A DNA stretch of 64,000 bases, from the NCBI GenBank assembly GCA_051362555.1, contig CM120641.1, positions 15,562,001 to 15,626,000 of the forward strand. Direction: 5' to 3'. Shown one piece after another: positions 61,801 to 64,000 of this stretch; the stretch's first letter is position 1; every line of letters starts with the position of its first letter. The translations under genes were made by a program, and so were the position numbers. The DNA comes from Lingula anatina. Its lineage: Eukaryota; Animalia; Brachiopoda. A model generated the notes under the pieces. It did not search any database. It saw nothing but the letters and a program-made list of their open reading frames with translations, and was not told where the DNA came from.

Positions 61801-63951
61801 ATTTTGTACAAAATATGGATTAAATCACCTTACTGGTGTAATATCAGTGCAAAATGATCTTAGATGGAAATATGTAAACATTGGATCTTTATCAAGTTTT
61901 TTTCCCCAGAATTTTATGCCAAGTTGTAAAAATCAAGATATTTAAAGACTTGAAATGTATATGAAACTGTATTAAAAATGGGATGGAATTTCGTTTAAAC
62001 ATTGGAAATGTTTGCTGATATCATTTCAGATTCGCAGGCCATATTTTCATGTGAAGCCATTAGAGAGATCCCAACTCAAGAACTGGAAGGAATACCTTGA
62101 CTTTGAGTTGGAACATGGTACACACCAAAGAATAGTGGTGTTATTTGAAAGATGTATAATTGCCTGTGCTCTGTATGAAGAGTTTTGGTTAAAGGTATTA
62201 TACAAGCTTTTATATGTATTTGAGTTAAATTAATTAAACAGTTTTAGTTAAACTTTGAATCAATTGTGTCGTTTGTTTTAGGGATAAAAATTCTCTCTGT
62301 ATGTGAAAAATGAAGTTCAGAACGATGTTGAATATTGCGTAGGATGTACAAAAGCGGGAGAGGGGGTGTAGGGGTAGTGATGGCTTTTGGAGTGGTCATG
62401 ATTTCATCCTTTGTTTGTCATTGTCTAATTTATTTGAAATTTGAAGTAGAAAGGAAAGATTTCCAAGCATGGCTATTGTCATGATTTCAGTATGCTAAAT
62501 ACCTGGAAAATCACAGTGTGGAGGCAGCACGGAAGATGTTTAAGAGGGCATGCTGCATTCATTTGCCAAAGAAACCGAGTATTCATTTGACTTGGGCAGC
62601 CTTTGAGGAAAGGCATGGTAAGCATTTAGTGAGTTCATGTGCAACATTTTTAATCCAGTTGTTATTGCTGTTAGAAACATATTTTTGGAAAATCATTAAG
62701 AGCAACAGTTTGAGATAGAAAACAATAGAAAAAAAATATTTAAATGTTCACAACTATATTTAAATGTGTGCTCTTATACTTAGGTATAGGCAAAAGGGAC
62801 ATGTTAGTTCGTGCTACTTGATTTATGAATTTGCTCTCGATTCGATAAGGTTTTACCATATTTCAGGTAATTATGAAAGTGCCCTTGAGATCTTGCGTAA
62901 CATAGAGAAGAGAGTCCCAGGACTGGTGATGGTTCCTCTGAGGAGAATTGGTCTAGAACGTCGTCATGGCAACCATCATCAAGTACATGAGTTATATCAG
63001 GCTTATTTAGATACTGCCACATCACCAGAAGAACATTCATTCCTCTCCTTGAAATTCTCTAGACATCTTTTGAAGGTAATGGTCCAGTTACTGGTATATT
63101 TAGTTTGCTGGAAGTTTTATGAGATTTAAGTAGATAAAGGGGTATGCTGGATAAAAAATGTTAGAATGTGTGACCAATTTTACCCTATTTGATTACCTAC
63201 CTTGAAGATTAATTGGCTTCATAGACAACAACATTGTAAGCCAAAAATAATTCTACATTGATTTTTGTTAATTTAAAAGCCTTGTTAAACTTCTGCTTTT
63301 GATAAAGACTATTAGATATAAACTAAGGTTCATTTTCTCATAATGTGCTAGCAGTATACCATTTGAATATTCCAGGTTAATAATGACAGAAAAAAAGCCA
63401 AAGAGGTTCTTTTAAATGCATTAAAAAAGGACCCTGTAAGTGTTAGAATGGTGATGTAAAGAATCCATTTTGTGATTATGAGTTAAGACAGCACAATGAT
63501 AACTTTTTAATGTGAATGGTAACAGAAGTGAAAACTTGAAATGAAGATTTTTAAACATTAAAAGCAGTTCAGTAAGGATACAGTAATACATAAATGCAAA
63601 GTATCAAGGTCTATTTCTTTCTAAGAGAAATATAAGTCACTACTTGTTCCTGTCAATATCCATGCTTTTCGTAAAGATCACTGAGGAACAGATGAGTTCA
63701 AATTCCTATATTTGTGTTTTTAGCTTGCAGTCTGGAGCCAGAAGACTAAAAGTTGTGTTTATATTTCAGAATAACAGCAAGCTTCACCTACAGTTACTAG
63801 ATCTGGAGTACCAAACCAGTCCCCTTGTAGAAGACGGCATACTAGGCATTCTCAACAATGTTTTATCCACTGAAATGACAATAGAAGAAAAACTCAAGTT
63901 CTCTCAGAGAAAGTTAGAATTCCTAGAAGACTTTGGATCTTCCATAGAAAA
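58856..63951 (+). CDS. PRPF39: Pre-mRNA-processing factor 39 (HAT-repeat U1 snRNP-associated factor), first 12 coding exons; continues beyond the window
   Basis: Exons 58856-58922 (start could be 58880), 59189-59322, 59614-59739 (GC donor), 60253-60368, 60697-60864, 61195-61447, 61675-61785, 62030-62194, 62491-62617, 62867-63075, 63376-63435, 63770-63951. Motifs [75 protein letters not shown]. Confidence 0.95.
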
Positions 63952-64000
63952 GTATGTCATTGATAAAGGAATTCACATTACGTAAATTGACTTTTTGTAT

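Overview
AT-rich, intron-containing animal DNA, probably a marine invertebrate and plausibly a lophotrochozoan (inference only). No prokaryotic features. Gene order: two divergent TMEM179-like paralogs (minus strand; the first runs off the window) - a two-exon Star/FkbM-family (Methyltransf_21) type II membrane protein gene (plus) - about 8.6 kb of intergenic DNA - a 38-kb, about 75-coding-exon gene (plus, 16835-55087) - a conserved TMEM179 (minus) head-to-head with PRPF39 (plus, runs off the window). The giant gene is the standout. Assembled by hand it gives a secreted protein of about 4,270 aa: signal peptide, chitin-binding type-2-like six-Cys domain, TSP1, 8 FN3, 31 TSP1, 4 FN3, 16 variant TSP1 with a 12-residue insertion, TSP1, and a LamG/pentraxin-like domain. 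Every intron except the last is phase 1. Two exon arrays are near-identical in the exons while their introns have diverged. Also present: a TIR DNA transposon with TTA target duplication, a tRNA-derived SINE, foldback elements, microsatellites, and a GC-AG intron with a candidate poison exon in PRPF39. All exon coordinates were read by eye from GT/AG signals and frame continuity and need RNA-seq confirmation.
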